A DNA stretch of 64,000 nucleotides from Desulfuromonadales bacterium (GTDB lineage: Bacteria > Desulfobacterota > Desulfuromonadia > Geobacterales > Pseudopelobacteraceae). A program made the position numbers and the translations under genes. The notes beneath the pieces were generated by a model, which saw nothing but the letters and a program-made list of their open reading frames with translations, did not search any database and had not been told where the DNA came from. The DNA lies in assembly GCA_016650295.1 (NCBI GenBank), contig JAENWA010000013.1, positions 48,457 through 112,456 of the forward strand. The letters run 5' to 3'. This document shows positions 8,981 to 19,026 of the stretch, piece by piece. Position 1 is the first letter of the stretch; every line of letters starts with the position of its first letter.

Positions 8981-10053
8981 ACCGAAAACTCCCTTACAAT
9001 TGAATAAGTTGTACTACGCTGGGCCGGCAGGAAACCCGCCGACCGGATAAGAGCGATCATCTCGTCACTGGACATACGAAAACTGCAGCCTGCAGCTGCA
9101 ACAACGTTTTCCTCCAGCATGGTTCCTCCCAGGTCGTTGGCGCCAAAGAAAAGCGCCACCTGGGCCATTTTGGCCCCCTGGGTTACCCAGCTGGCCTGAA
9201 TATTGGGAATATTGTCCAACACGATGCGTGATAATGCCAGCACCTTGAGATATTCCACGCCGCTGGCGGTTGTGCCGCCCAGTTCGGTATTTCCCGGCTG
9301 ATATGTCCAGGGAATAAAGGCGGTGAATGATCCCCCGGCATCCTGCAGCTCCCGGATGCGGAACAGATGCTCGACAATATCCTCCGGTTTTTCACAGCTG
9401 CCGAACATCATGGTTGCAGTCGTCAGCATGCCCATCCCGGCAGCCGTGAGCATGACGTCCGCCCACTGGCGCCAGCCGATTTTTTTAGGGGAGATGCTCC
9501 CGCGTACCTCATCAACCAGGATTTCCGCGCCGCCGCCCGGGATGGAGTCGAGACCGGCATTTTTCAGTCGGGAGACGGTTTCAGCAACGGACAGACCGGA
9601 AGCAGACGCTATGCAGACGACCTCCGCCGGTGAGAGCGAATGGTTCTGAACGACCGGGAACCGGGTTTTAATCTCGCGGAACAAAGCTTCGAAGAACTCT
9701 ATCTTCAGTTCGGGATTAAGGCCTCCCTGCATCAGCAACTGGGTTCCGCCCTGCCTGACCAGCTCGTCAATCTTGCAGAATATCTCCTCCCGTGTCAGCA
9801 CATAGGCGTCCTCAGCTGATTTATCCCGGTAAAAGGCACAAAAAGAACACTTTGTTTCGCAGATATTCGTGTAGTTTACATTCCGGTCAATAACAAAGGT
9901 TACCCGCTTCTCCGGATGCATCATGCGACATATCCTGTCAGCACGGCTGCCGATGGCCAGTAGCTGATCCCTTGTCAACAGCTGTAAAGCTTCACTGCGC
10001 CCGATTCTTTGTCCGGTAACAGCTGTCCGCCCTGATAAATTCGATACAATCAT
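8977..10053 (-). CDS. mqnC: radical SAM enzyme of the MqnC/MqnE/CofH family, probably cyclic dehypoxanthinyl futalosine synthase
   Basis: 358 aa with a CxxxCxxC cluster motif (CETKCSFCAFY). MqnC-like blocks are GGGAEILVDEVRGSISPKK, TTATMMFG and FTAFIPWTYQP. The choice of MqnC over MqnE is by eye only. Confidence 0.65.
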   Translation of the reverse strand: MIVSNLSGRTAVTGQRIGRSEALQLLTRDQLLAIGSRADRICRMMHPEKRVTFVIDRNVNYTNICETKCSFCAFYRDKSAEDAYVLTREEIFCKIDELVRQGGTQLLMQGGLNPELKIEFFEALFREIKTRFPVVQNHSLSPAEVVCIASASGLSVAETVSRLKNAGLDSIPGGGAEILVDEVRGSISPKKIGWRQWADVMLTAAGMGMLTTATMMFGSCEKPEDIVEHLFRIRELQDAGGSFTAFIPWTYQPGNTELGGTTASGVEYLKVLALSRIVLDNIPNIQASWVTQGAKMAQVALFFGANDLGGTMLEENVVAAAGCSFRMSSDEMIALIRSAGFLPAQRSTTYSIVREFSV

Positions 10054-10088
10054 TCGGCCTTCGCTTCCCTGATCCCAGCCCGATGTAA

Positions 10089-10487
10089 CTACAAAGGAGT
10101 GTCTTCAGCGTTCATCATAAGTCTGACCTCAACCGGTACGCGGCGCGCCTTCAGGTCCGGACCGATGCACGCCAGCTTCACAAGCGCATCCACCAGCAGC
10201 CGGCCGTCGCTCTTTCGAACTATCTGTTGGCGTACTGTAAAAGATGAACCGCCGCTGCGCTCGGGTACTGTTACAACACTCAGCAGCTCATCGTGGCGAG
10301 CCGGAGACTTGAAATCCAGCTCCATGTGCACAACGGGAAATACAAAACCGTCAGCAGCTAATTCAGAGATCGACAGTCCCCTTTCCCGAAAATATTCTGT
10401 CCGGGCCCGCTCGACAAACTTGAGGTAATTGGCGTGGTAAACAACACCGGCCGCGTCAGTATCTTCATAGTAGGTGCGAATATCCAT
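10089..10487 (-). CDS. ybgC: YbgC/FadM-family acyl-CoA thioesterase (4HBT fold)
   Basis: 132 aa. The N-terminus YYEDTDAAGVVYHANYLKFVERARTEYFRERG is characteristic of this family. Confidence 0.8.
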   Translation of the reverse strand: MDIRTYYEDTDAAGVVYHANYLKFVERARTEYFRERGLSISELAADGFVFPVVHMELDFKSPARHDELLSVVTVPERSGGSSFTVRQQIVRKSDGRLLVDALVKLACIGPDLKARRVPVEVRLMMNAEDTPL

Positions 10488-10758
10488 TCTTCAGCCTGAG
10501 GTTAAGGATCTGAACAGGCAGATAATTTTTGTCATGGGTCCAGGCCCTCTTGAGACAATCTTATCTTTGTCACTTTAGTGCAGAATCCGCTCCCCTGCAA
10601 CTTCATTCTCATGCTGAAATTGTGCTTTAATCATTTTTTATCGCAAATCGCCCAAAATTGCTCCAGAATCCATAAACTCCTTTTATACTGGTCTCGGTCT
10701 TGGCAACTTCATTTAGACCGCGCAAAACAAAATTTTGTGACAAGGCCACGTAAAGCCG

Positions 10759-11415
10759 CTATTCATGGGCTTTGAGGGCAGTTATCACCACCAGATTCCG
10801 TTCACCTTTGCCCATTGGCAAAGAATAGGGTTGAATCGAACTGATTTCAAAACCGGATAGCCGCAACCCGTCTGCAGCAGCATCACATTCGTTGTCAACG
10901 CCTGGCCCTTTCATGGCAATCAGTCGTCCTCCGTAATTAAGTAATGGAGCAGCCAGACTGACAAATAATTCCAGTTGTGAAAAAGCACGCGATACAATCA
11001 CATCAAAACCGGCCGCATGAGTAACGTGGAGATTTTCTACCCTGGAGTGCACAGCCTCAAAATCCTTGAACGCCAGCATCCTGGAGATATGTCGCTGAAA
11101 GTTTATTTTTTTACCAACGGCATCAACAGAAAGCACGCTGATATCAGGGACTGCGATCTTGAGCGGTATCGCCGGGAAACCGGCCCCGGAACCAATATCC
11201 AGGACACGATTTCCCTTTTTCACATATGAGGCACATACAAGCGAGTCGATTATGTGTTTTACAGCAATATCCGTATCGTTGCAGATTGCGGTGAGGTTAA
11301 CTTTTTTGTTCCATTTCTTGAGCTCTTCAGCAAACCGGTCAAAAGACTGCAGACATTCTTCCGGGAGGTGTAAACCAATCTCTGCCAGTCCCTGTTCAAG
11401 CGCCGGGCGAATCAT
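10759..11415 (-). CDS. rsmG: 16S rRNA (guanine527-N7)-methyltransferase RsmG (GidB)
   Basis: 218 aa with a SAM motif (VLDIGSGAGFPAIPLKI). It lies immediately downstream of mnmG with a 1-nt overlap. Confidence 0.9.
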   Translation of the reverse strand: MIRPALEQGLAEIGLHLPEECLQSFDRFAEELKKWNKKVNLTAICNDTDIAVKHIIDSLVCASYVKKGNRVLDIGSGAGFPAIPLKIAVPDISVLSVDAVGKKINFQRHISRMLAFKDFEAVHSRVENLHVTHAAGFDVIVSRAFSQLELFVSLAAPLLNYGGRLIAMKGPGVDNECDAAADGLRLSGFEISSIQPYSLPMGKGERNLVVITALKAHE

Positions 11416-13307
11416 TATTCACAGCCTTTGAGCGTTTTCCAGCTGTTTGCTTTTAATGCTATTGATATCACTGAAATTGCCGCAGGCGTGACGCCCGGTA
11501 TCCGTGAGGCTTGGCCAAGCGTATCAGGTCGATATCTCTGCATCTTTTCCCGCACCTCGGTCGTTAAGCCGTTAATAGAGAAATAGTCCAGTTCCTCCGG
11601 CAAGCGGGCATGCTCCAGACCGCGTGCGCGCTCGATCTGTTCCTTTTGGCGTTCAATATAACCATGGTATTTGATCTGGATTTCCACCTGCTCCCTCACA
11701 TCTGTTCGTGTTTCACGTGAAACATCATCAAACAGGGAAAGTTCAGCATAGGTAATCTCCGGCCGTTTAAGCAACTGTTCCAGCGAGGTGCCCCTCTGGA
11801 TGTCAGCCAGATCATGCTCTTCCAAAAAAGCCATTTCCTGCTCGTTCAAGCTCAGGCGAGTCTGAGCAATACGCATCTGTTCTGCCAGTATCATTTCCTG
11901 TTTCCGGAGGAATCCGACATACAGTTCTTCGGGCACCAGACCGATGGAGTGCCCCTTCTCACGCAACCGCAGATCGGCATTATCCTCACGCAGCAAAAGA
12001 CGGTATTCGGCCCGGGAAGTGAACATACGATAGGGTTCTTTCGTGCCGAGTGTGACAAGGTCATCAATCATGACACCGATATAGGCCTCGCTCCTGTCAA
12101 GCACGAGCGGCGGATTGCCCTGCACACGCAGAGCGGCATTGATTCCGGCCATCAAACCCTGACCGGCGGCCTCTTCGTAACCGGATGTGCCGTTGATCTG
12201 GCCGGCATGATACAGGTTTCGTATCAGCTTGGTCTCAAGTGTCGCATGCAGCTGAATCGGATCGACGTAATCATATTCGATCGCGTAGGCCGGCCGCATG
12301 ATCTCCACCCTCTCCAAACCTTCCATGGAACGATAAAACGGTATCTGTATATCAATCGGCAAAGACGTTGACATGCCGCTGGGATAAACTTCAACGGTTT
12401 CAAGACCCTCCGGCTCGATAAAGGTCTGATGGCGTTCCTTGTCAGGAAAGCGCACAACCTTGTCTTCGATAGAGGGGCAGTAGCGCGGTCCGACACCTTC
12501 TATGACACCGGAATAGAGTGGCGAGCGATCCAGGCCGGAGCGAATGATTTCATGTGAGCGGGGGTTTGTGTAGGCGATGTGACATGGGACTTGCCGCATA
12601 GTTATACGTTCAGTTGAATAAGAGAACGGTTGGGGCGGATTGTCACCGTGCTGCGTTTCAAGTCGCGTAAAATCGATTGTCCGGCTGTCCAGTCGCGCAG
12701 GCGTACCGGTTTTGAGCCGTCCTACTTCAAACCCCAGGGTCCTGAACTGGTCGGAAAGGCCCACTGACGGCAGGTCACCGGCCCGGCCACCGGGATAATT
12801 GGTCAGCCCGATGTGGATCAGTCCGCGCATGAACGTTCCGGTTGTTACGATAACCGTTCTGCCCATAAAACGGATTCCTGAGCGGGTATCAACCCCTTTC
12901 AGTTCATCTCCTTCTCTGTACAGGGCCGTCACCTCACCCTGCTTGAGATGCAGATTGTCCTGTTGCTCCAGAACACGCTTCATGCGAAGGCGATACAGCT
13001 GTTTATCAGCCTGAGCTCTTGAAGCGCGCACAGCGGGTCCCTTGCGTGTATTGAGAACACGAAACTGAATACCGGTCGCATCAATATTTCTGGCCATTTC
13101 ACCACCCAGAGCATCGATCTCCTTGACCAGATGGCCCTTGGCCAGTCCACCGATGGCCGGATTGCATGACATGAGTGCAATGGCGTCCAGATTAATCGTC
13201 AGCATCAACGTACTGCACCCCATCCGGGCAGCTGCCAAAGCAGCTTCGCAACCCGCATGGCCGGCTCCGACGACGATTACGTCGTATATGGTGTCATAAC
13301 TGTGCAT
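11415..13307 (-). CDS. mnmG: tRNA uridine 5-carboxymethylaminomethyl modification enzyme MnmG (GidA)
   Basis: 630 aa with an FAD motif (DVIVVGAGHAGCEAALAAARMG) and full-length GidA similarity. Confidence 0.97.
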   Translation of the reverse strand: MHSYDTIYDVIVVGAGHAGCEAALAAARMGCSTLMLTINLDAIALMSCNPAIGGLAKGHLVKEIDALGGEMARNIDATGIQFRVLNTRKGPAVRASRAQADKQLYRLRMKRVLEQQDNLHLKQGEVTALYREGDELKGVDTRSGIRFMGRTVIVTTGTFMRGLIHIGLTNYPGGRAGDLPSVGLSDQFRTLGFEVGRLKTGTPARLDSRTIDFTRLETQHGDNPPQPFSYSTERITMRQVPCHIAYTNPRSHEIIRSGLDRSPLYSGVIEGVGPRYCPSIEDKVVRFPDKERHQTFIEPEGLETVEVYPSGMSTSLPIDIQIPFYRSMEGLERVEIMRPAYAIEYDYVDPIQLHATLETKLIRNLYHAGQINGTSGYEEAAGQGLMAGINAALRVQGNPPLVLDRSEAYIGVMIDDLVTLGTKEPYRMFTSRAEYRLLLREDNADLRLREKGHSIGLVPEELYVGFLRKQEMILAEQMRIAQTRLSLNEQEMAFLEEHDLADIQRGTSLEQLLKRPEITYAELSLFDDVSRETRTDVREQVEIQIKYHGYIERQKEQIERARGLEHARLPEELDYFSINGLTTEVREKMQRYRPDTLGQASRIPGVTPAAISVISIALKANSWKTLKGCE

Positions 13308-13340
13308 ACATGTACCTATGTTTCACGTGAAACACGCTCG

Positions 13341-14711
13341 TCACTTTCCGATACAAAACGAAGAAAAGATGATATCGAGGATAGTATCTGGAGTCGTTTC
13401 ACCGGTAATTTCACCAATGGCAGACAGGCTGTCACGCAGATCAATGGCCAGCAACTCACCGGAAACGCCGCTGCTCAACCGGGAACAGAAACCGGCCAGA
13501 CCGGCCAGAGCCCTGACGAGTATATCACGATGGCGAACCGTCGTAACGGCAACATGATCACGGGAACTCATCACCCCGTCAGACACGAATTTCTTGAATA
13601 TGACGTTACGCAGCTGATCGATACCGCTGCCGATCTTGCTGGAGATATGAACGATCTCGGTCTGACCCGGCAGCTCGTTATCCCCCACAACCGAAGGAAG
13701 ATCACTCTTGTTTACAACCGTTACAAACTGTTTGCCGCTAATCGCCTGCAAAAGATCTCTGTCGTTCGTGTCAAGCGGCGCAGAACCATCCACCAGAAAG
13801 AGAACCAGGTCAGCCAGGGCAAGTTTTTCCAGAGAGCGCCGGATGCCTTCCTGTTCAATCTCGTCACGGGATTCCCGGATACCGGCAGAATCAATGATAC
13901 GCACGGGAAGCCCATCGATATTGATGATCTCCTCGATCACATCGCGCGTTGTACCGGGAATATGAGAAACGATTGCACGCTGCTCAAGGGTCAGGGCATT
14001 CAGCAGGCTGGACTTTCCCACATTAGGTTTACCGGCCAGCAGGACCGAAATGCCGTCACGGATAACCTTGCCATGTGCAAACGATTCCAACAGCTCACCG
14101 AGACTGTTGTGTGCTGATTGAACAAGAGAATCTATCCGGTTCAAGGCGGTCTCATCCAGGTCTTCTTCGGGAAAATCAATAAAGGCCTCAATCAGAGCCA
14201 GAGCGTTTCTGAGAGAATCGGTGATTTCCTTGAGCCGGGCGGAAAGCAGACCTTCACGCTGACTCTGGGCAAAGGCCAGCGACATGTCGGTCCGGCTGTT
14301 GATAAGATCAATGATCGATTCAGCCTGACAAAGATCGATGCGGCCATTCAGAAAGGCCCTGCGGGTAAACTCTCCCGCCTCGGAAAGACGGGCTCCGGCA
14401 CGAAGACAGGCGTCCAGCACGCGCTGCACAATCAGATAACCGCCATGACAATGCAGCTCCAGTACATCTTCCCGGGTATAGGAGCGGGGAGCAGACATCA
14501 GCACAGCCATACCCTCATCGATCAGAGAACCGTCCAGCGGGTCAACTATCCGGCCATAATAAAAACGGTGGCTGTCGAGGCCACCGTTTCCCTGTTTTAC
14601 AAACACACTGCTGGCAATAATTGAAGCATCAGAACCGCTTACACGGATAATCCCAATGCCGCCGCACCCAACCGGGGTGGCTATGGCAGCTATGGTATCC
14701 TCAAGATACAT
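13341..14711 (-). CDS. mnmE: tRNA modification GTPase MnmE (TrmE)
   Basis: 456 aa. The N-terminus DTIAAIATPVGCGGIGIIRVSG, G-domain GKPNVGKSSLLN...DSAGIR and C-terminal CIGK motif all fit MnmE. Confidence 0.95.
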   Translation of the reverse strand: MYLEDTIAAIATPVGCGGIGIIRVSGSDASIIASSVFVKQGNGGLDSHRFYYGRIVDPLDGSLIDEGMAVLMSAPRSYTREDVLELHCHGGYLIVQRVLDACLRAGARLSEAGEFTRRAFLNGRIDLCQAESIIDLINSRTDMSLAFAQSQREGLLSARLKEITDSLRNALALIEAFIDFPEEDLDETALNRIDSLVQSAHNSLGELLESFAHGKVIRDGISVLLAGKPNVGKSSLLNALTLEQRAIVSHIPGTTRDVIEEIINIDGLPVRIIDSAGIRESRDEIEQEGIRRSLEKLALADLVLFLVDGSAPLDTNDRDLLQAISGKQFVTVVNKSDLPSVVGDNELPGQTEIVHISSKIGSGIDQLRNVIFKKFVSDGVMSSRDHVAVTTVRHRDILVRALAGLAGFCSRLSSGVSGELLAIDLRDSLSAIGEITGETTPDTILDIIFSSFCIGK

Positions 14712-14714
14712 GTC

Positions 14715-16343
14715 CTAATCCTTGACCAGTTTGTTGATATACATCTGCTGCCCGATGGTCAGAATATTATTGACGAGCCAGTAAAGAACCAGACCGGAGG
14801 GAAAGCTGAGAAACATGAAGGTAAACACCACCGGCAGGGCCAGCATCATCTTCGCCTGGATCGGATCCATCTGCGAGGGGGTCATCTTCTGCTGCAGGAA
14901 CATGGAGGCACCCATCACAAGCGGCAACGGTCCGATAACCATTGGCAGATGCAACAACTCGCCGAAAAGATTATCCGGTCCAGCCAGATCGGTAATCCAC
15001 AGGAAGAACGGCGCATGTCGCAGCTCGATGGAGAACATCAGCGCCTTGTAGAGGGCGAAGAAAACCGGTATCTGCACGACCATCGGAAGACAGCCGCCCA
15101 ACGGATTAACCTTATGTTCGCGGTAAAGCTCCATAACCGCCTTGTTCATAGCATCCCGGTCATCCTTGTACTTCTCTTTGAGGGCCGCCATCTTCGGCTG
15201 GATCTTCTGCATGTCCTTCATGGATTTGTAACTCTTGTGAGTCAGCGGGAAAAACAGACCCTTGAGAATGATAGTAATAATGATAATGGCAATGCCGTAA
15301 TTACCAACATAACGGTAGAAGAATTTGAGGGTGTAGAGCAGTGGCTTGGCAAGGACCGTGAACCAGCCCAGATCGAGAGACTGCTCCAGGGCGTTACCCT
15401 GCGCCTTGAGCACATCGATGTCTTTCGGCCCGACAAACAGACGCTGTGTCACGGTGATCGACTGTCCAGCGTTGACGGTAACCTGCGGTGCGCTGACGAT
15501 GGATTCCATGAAACCGGCGGCATTTTTCTTAAGCTCTACCGAGGAAATACTATTCTTCTCCGCCAGAATGGCGCTCAGGAAATACTTGTCGGCAAAACCG
15601 GCCCACTGAACATTCTTGTCATATTTCTTGGTGGCATTTGCAATATCTTTTGCTTTGTCGGATTGCAGGGCAGTATCTGAAAAAAGATAGGAACCGGCGG
15701 TGTCAAAACGGTTGTCCTTCACTTTTGGCTCCAAGGGATAAGTCATCACCTGCTGGATCGTGCCTACCAGCGGAGCAGCAGAGTTGTTCAAGATCTGCGT
15801 CTCAAGCTTGATGCCGTAAGAATCCGCCGCCAGGGTATACGTTTTGCGGACAGTAAACCCCTGGCCGGAAACGTAGGTAAACACCAGCTTACTGGTTTCA
15901 CTGCCGCTAATCTTGACTGCTGCGGCATCGGTTGAATATTCGGCACTATCGGAAAGGTTGAAACCGGTAGCCCTGGTCGAAAAGTTCAGCAGAGCGGGAT
16001 CCGCATTGCTGCCGAGAATTACCTGGCTGGCAGCGGGAGTGACCTGTTCGCGATACTTTTTAAGGGTCATGCTCTTCAGAGCCCCGCCACGGGCAGCAAA
16101 AACCGCCGTATAGAGCCCGGTTTCAACGCTTACATCCTTTTGACCGGCGGATAGCGGGGCAGGCTGTGAAGCCGAAGCTGCAGCCGGAGCCGGTGCGGAT
16201 GGAGGTACGGCAGGAGCCGCGGATGGGACTGCAATCTGTGGTGAAGCGGGAGCAGCCGGCTTTTTATCCGGTCCCAAGACCATTGAAAACAGGTAAAAAA
16301 CGACAATTGAAAGAACTACCGCAAGAAATGCACGTTTTTCCAT
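14715..16343 (-). CDS. yidC: membrane protein insertase YidC
   Basis: 542 aa with an N-terminal TM helix, a large periplasmic domain and a conserved 5-TM core ([21 protein letters not shown]...). Confidence 0.95.
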   Translation of the reverse strand: MEKRAFLAVVLSIVVFYLFSMVLGPDKKPAAPASPQIAVPSAAPAVPPSAPAPAAASASQPAPLSAGQKDVSVETGLYTAVFAARGGALKSMTLKKYREQVTPAASQVILGSNADPALLNFSTRATGFNLSDSAEYSTDAAAVKISGSETSKLVFTYVSGQGFTVRKTYTLAADSYGIKLETQILNNSAAPLVGTIQQVMTYPLEPKVKDNRFDTAGSYLFSDTALQSDKAKDIANATKKYDKNVQWAGFADKYFLSAILAEKNSISSVELKKNAAGFMESIVSAPQVTVNAGQSITVTQRLFVGPKDIDVLKAQGNALEQSLDLGWFTVLAKPLLYTLKFFYRYVGNYGIAIIIITIILKGLFFPLTHKSYKSMKDMQKIQPKMAALKEKYKDDRDAMNKAVMELYREHKVNPLGGCLPMVVQIPVFFALYKALMFSIELRHAPFFLWITDLAGPDNLFGELLHLPMVIGPLPLVMGASMFLQQKMTPSQMDPIQAKMMLALPVVFTFMFLSFPSGLVLYWLVNNILTIGQQMYINKLVKD

Positions 16344-16366
16344 TAGAACTCCAGTTCTGTTCTCAT

Positions 16367-16579
16367 TTAAGGTGCTGGATCAAAACCACCCGGATGAAAC
16401 GGGTGGCACTTGCTAAGCCGGACAAGAGTAAGCCACGTTCCTCTGACAACTCCATGCCTGACTATTGATTCTCGGGAATACTCGGAACAGGAGGGATAAA
16501 AACGACACGTGGATGGCAGAAGCGGTGAAAGAAGCTTCTGATAGAACCTGATAGCTAGAAGTGCGATACTTTTGAGCAT
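16367..16579 (-). CDS. yidD: membrane protein insertion efficiency factor YidD
   Basis: 70 aa containing the conserved [10 protein letters not shown]...[15 protein letters not shown]. Confidence 0.9.
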   Translation of the reverse strand: MLKSIALLAIRFYQKLLSPLLPSTCRFYPSCSEYSRESIVRHGVVRGTWLTLVRLSKCHPFHPGGFDPAP

Positions 16580-16911
16580 GGGGTTACGCCGATATGTCTG
16601 AAGGCTTTAAGGAGCTGCTGCTGCAGATTATGAAAATCCATGGCAGCAGCTTCACTCCGGGCAATAACATTCAAATCAACTGCCGGCAACAATAAACGAT
16701 TGGTTCTGAATATCTCCCTGATATAACGCTTGACCCTGTTTCTGGTTACCGAACAACCAACCTTTTTGCTTACAGTGACCCCTAGACGTGCATGTGCAAG
16801 GTTGTTTTCATGCCACACAACAAGGATGCCCCGTGAGGCAATTTTTTGAACAGAGCCCGCCAGACTGAGAAACTCGGAGCGTTTCCGCAGTCTGACAGCC
16901 GGGGGATATAT
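16555..16911 (-). CDS. rnpA: ribonuclease P protein component RnpA (start uncertain)
   Basis: RnpA core is present ([11 protein letters not shown]...[29 protein letters not shown]). The only in-frame ATG (17019) overlaps rpmH by 74 nt in another frame. No ATG/GTG/TTG lies between the rpmH stop and the conserved core, so the 5' end given here is approximate. Confidence 0.75.
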   Translation of the reverse strand: MYPPAVRLRKRSEFLSLAGSVQKIASRGILVVWHENNLAHARLGVTVSKKVGCSVTRNRVKRYIREIFRTNRLLLPAVDLNVIARSEAAAMDFHNLQQQLLKAFRHIGVTPCSKVSHF

Positions 16912-16945
16912 GTTACCGGCAGGTACACTCCCGCCGGTCGGACAA

Positions 16946-17095
16946 TTATTTTGCTGCAATGCGAACTGACAGATTTTTTCGGCCTTTTGCCCTTCTGCGC
17001 TTGATAACGAGACGGCCATTCTTGCTGGCCATTCTTACCAGAAAACCGTGAGTCCTTTTGCGTGAAACATTGCTTGGCTGAAATGTTCTTTTCAT
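16946..17095 (-). CDS. rpmH: 50S ribosomal protein L34
   Basis: Too short for the ORF track. Manual translation gives [49 protein letters not shown], with the stop TAA at 16946-16948. Confidence 0.9.
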   Translation of the reverse strand: MKRTFQPSNVSRKRTHGFLVRMASKNGRLVIKRRRAKGRKNLSVRIAAK

Positions 17096-17099
17096 GTCC

Positions 17100-17462
17100 C
17101 GTACCTCTGAATATTTATTTCAAGAAAAGAGTTTTTACACATAACAGGGGTTATATGTCAAGATAATTATTATGAATCAAGACCTTCAGAGAGATTGATT
17201 TGCCTTGAAAAATGACGCCAGCTCTGGTAATCTTCACAACCTAAATTTATATAAACAATGTTAGATAGTTAGATGTAACAGACTGTATTTGCTAAAGAAA
17301 AAGTTATCAACAGCTGTTGAAAACAATGTGGATAACTTTTGTTGACTGTTGACGGGATAAACGCGAAACCTGCCTGATTCGATTAGCTTTTTTCCCCGCT
17401 TATGGATATGTTGATAACCTCCTGCCATTCCGGCGGCCTTACCTGAACAGTGTGATTGGTAT
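17100..17462. promoter_or_regulatory. AT-rich rpmH-dnaA intergenic region with DnaA boxes (dnaA promoter/autoregulation and candidate oriC part)
   Basis: DnaA-box-like 9-mers are TTTTACACA at 17133-17141, TTATCAACA at 17304-17312, TGTGGATAA at 17327-17335 (perfect reverse complement of TTATCCACA) and TGTTGATAA at 17409-17417. Gene orientation diverges on either side of this region. Confidence 0.55.
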
Positions 17463-18818
17463 ATGCAAGAAATCTGGAAAAAAACAACTGAAAATCTCGA
17501 AAGAGTTCTGTCTGAACGGGATTTTTCAACCTGGATAAAACCGGTCAATTACAACAGTTCCGAGAGTGATATAGTCTATCTATCCGTTCCTACGTCTTTT
17601 TTTAAAGAATGGCTGGAAGATCATTATCTGGCTGTCCTCTCAAGTGCCATGTCCGTAGCAGCCGGACGGAATCTCTCCATAGAATTTGTTATCAACGAGA
17701 ACGAAGCCGACAGTATTCCGCTTTTGCCGGAAGAATTTATTTCCAAAGGGCTTCCAGACCCGCTGGAAACTAAAAACAACAACCTGCACGACATATCCTT
17801 TACCCCCCTGAATCACAAATACACATTTGATCTGTTTGTAAGCGGTACCGGCAACCAGTTCGCACACGCCGCCGCCATGGCGGTGGCAAACAATCCAGCG
17901 GCAACCTATAATCCTCTCTTCATCTACGGAGGTGTGGGTCTTGGGAAAAGCCATCTGCTGAATGCAATCGGCCACACCATTCATGCCACTGCCCCGGAAC
18001 TGAGCGTCTGCTACTGCTCGGCGGAAAAATTCATGTACGAAATGGTCAATGCCCTTCGACATAAGAAAATGGAGCATTTTCGCGCCCGGTTCAGGACGAT
18101 TGATGTACTGCTGGTAGACGACATTCAATTTATATCCGGCAAGGTAGGTACTCAGGAAGAGTTTTTTCACACCTTTAATGCCCTGTATGACATGCATAAA
18201 CAAATCGTCATTACCTCTGATAAATTTCCCAAGGAGATTTCCGACCTTGAAGAACGGCTGCGCTCACGCTTTGAGTGGGGATTGATTGCAGACATACAAC
18301 CTCCTGATACGGAAACCAAGATTGCAATCCTCAAGAAAAAGTCAGAGATAACCAGGATACATCTGCCGGATGATGTTACCTATTTTCTTGCTTCGAGTGA
18401 CACAAAAAACATACGCGAACTTGAAGGGATGCTGATCAGACTCGGTGCCTACAGCAGTTTGCAAAATATTCCCATAACCCTTGATATGGCCAGGGAAAGT
18501 CTTAAAGATATTCTCGGTGACAAACGTAAGGATATAACCGTAGAGCTGATACAAAAAGCGGTCGCTGATCATTTTGGGCTGAAGGTTGCTGACCTGAAAT
18601 CGGACAAGCGTCTTAAAGCATTTGTGCAGGCACGTCAAATAGCCATCTGGTTATGCCGCGATATGACAAAAGCCTCCTATCCGGATATAGGTATGAGGTT
18701 TGGCGGTAAAGATCATTCCACGGTTATTTATGCCACCAAGAAAATAGACAGTGCTCTGAAGGAAGATACAAAACTATCTAAAATTATTGAAGAAATAAAA
18801 AGTATACTTTTGAAATAG
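17463..18818 (+). CDS. dnaA: chromosomal replication initiator protein DnaA
   Basis: 451 aa with an AAA+ domain (GGVGLGKSHLLNAIG, LLVDDIQF) and a C-terminal DNA-binding domain (GGKDHSTVIYATKKI). Confidence 0.98.
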   Translation: MQEIWKKTTENLERVLSERDFSTWIKPVNYNSSESDIVYLSVPTSFFKEWLEDHYLAVLSSAMSVAAGRNLSIEFVINENEADSIPLLPEEFISKGLPDPLETKNNNLHDISFTPLNHKYTFDLFVSGTGNQFAHAAAMAVANNPAATYNPLFIYGGVGLGKSHLLNAIGHTIHATAPELSVCYCSAEKFMYEMVNALRHKKMEHFRARFRTIDVLLVDDIQFISGKVGTQEEFFHTFNALYDMHKQIVITSDKFPKEISDLEERLRSRFEWGLIADIQPPDTETKIAILKKKSEITRIHLPDDVTYFLASSDTKNIRELEGMLIRLGAYSSLQNIPITLDMARESLKDILGDKRKDITVELIQKAVADHFGLKVADLKSDKRLKAFVQARQIAIWLCRDMTKASYPDIGMRFGGKDHSTVIYATKKIDSALKEDTKLSKIIEEIKSILLK

Positions 18819-18821
18819 GAA

Positions 18822-19026
18822 TATCTTGTTCATAAGGTGTGGATAACTGTTGATAACCTGGGGCCCTGTTGATAACCTGCAAGATGTCGGAAATTCACCA
18901 ACAGCATCAGATCCATAATTGTCACATATAATCAGATCATTGAAAAGTTATCACCATTTTACCAGCGCCTATAATAACAACTATCTTTTAAATATTTAAA
19001 ACATACATTCATATAAGGAGTGAGGC
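18822..19026. promoter_or_regulatory. dnaA-dnaN intergenic DnaA-box cluster plus AT-rich stretch (candidate oriC/DUE)
   Basis: Boxes are TGTGGATAA at 18838-18846, TGTTGATAA at 18848-18856 and 18867-18875, and TTATCACCA at 18948-18956. A strongly AT-rich run follows at about 18957-19015. Confidence 0.6.

Noticed and set aside
10488-10758. The 270-nt ybgC-rsmG intergenic region as a possible oriC part or ncRNA locus.
   Set aside because: I found no DnaA boxes, no conserved structure and no convincing promoter-terminator pair. It is left unannotated.
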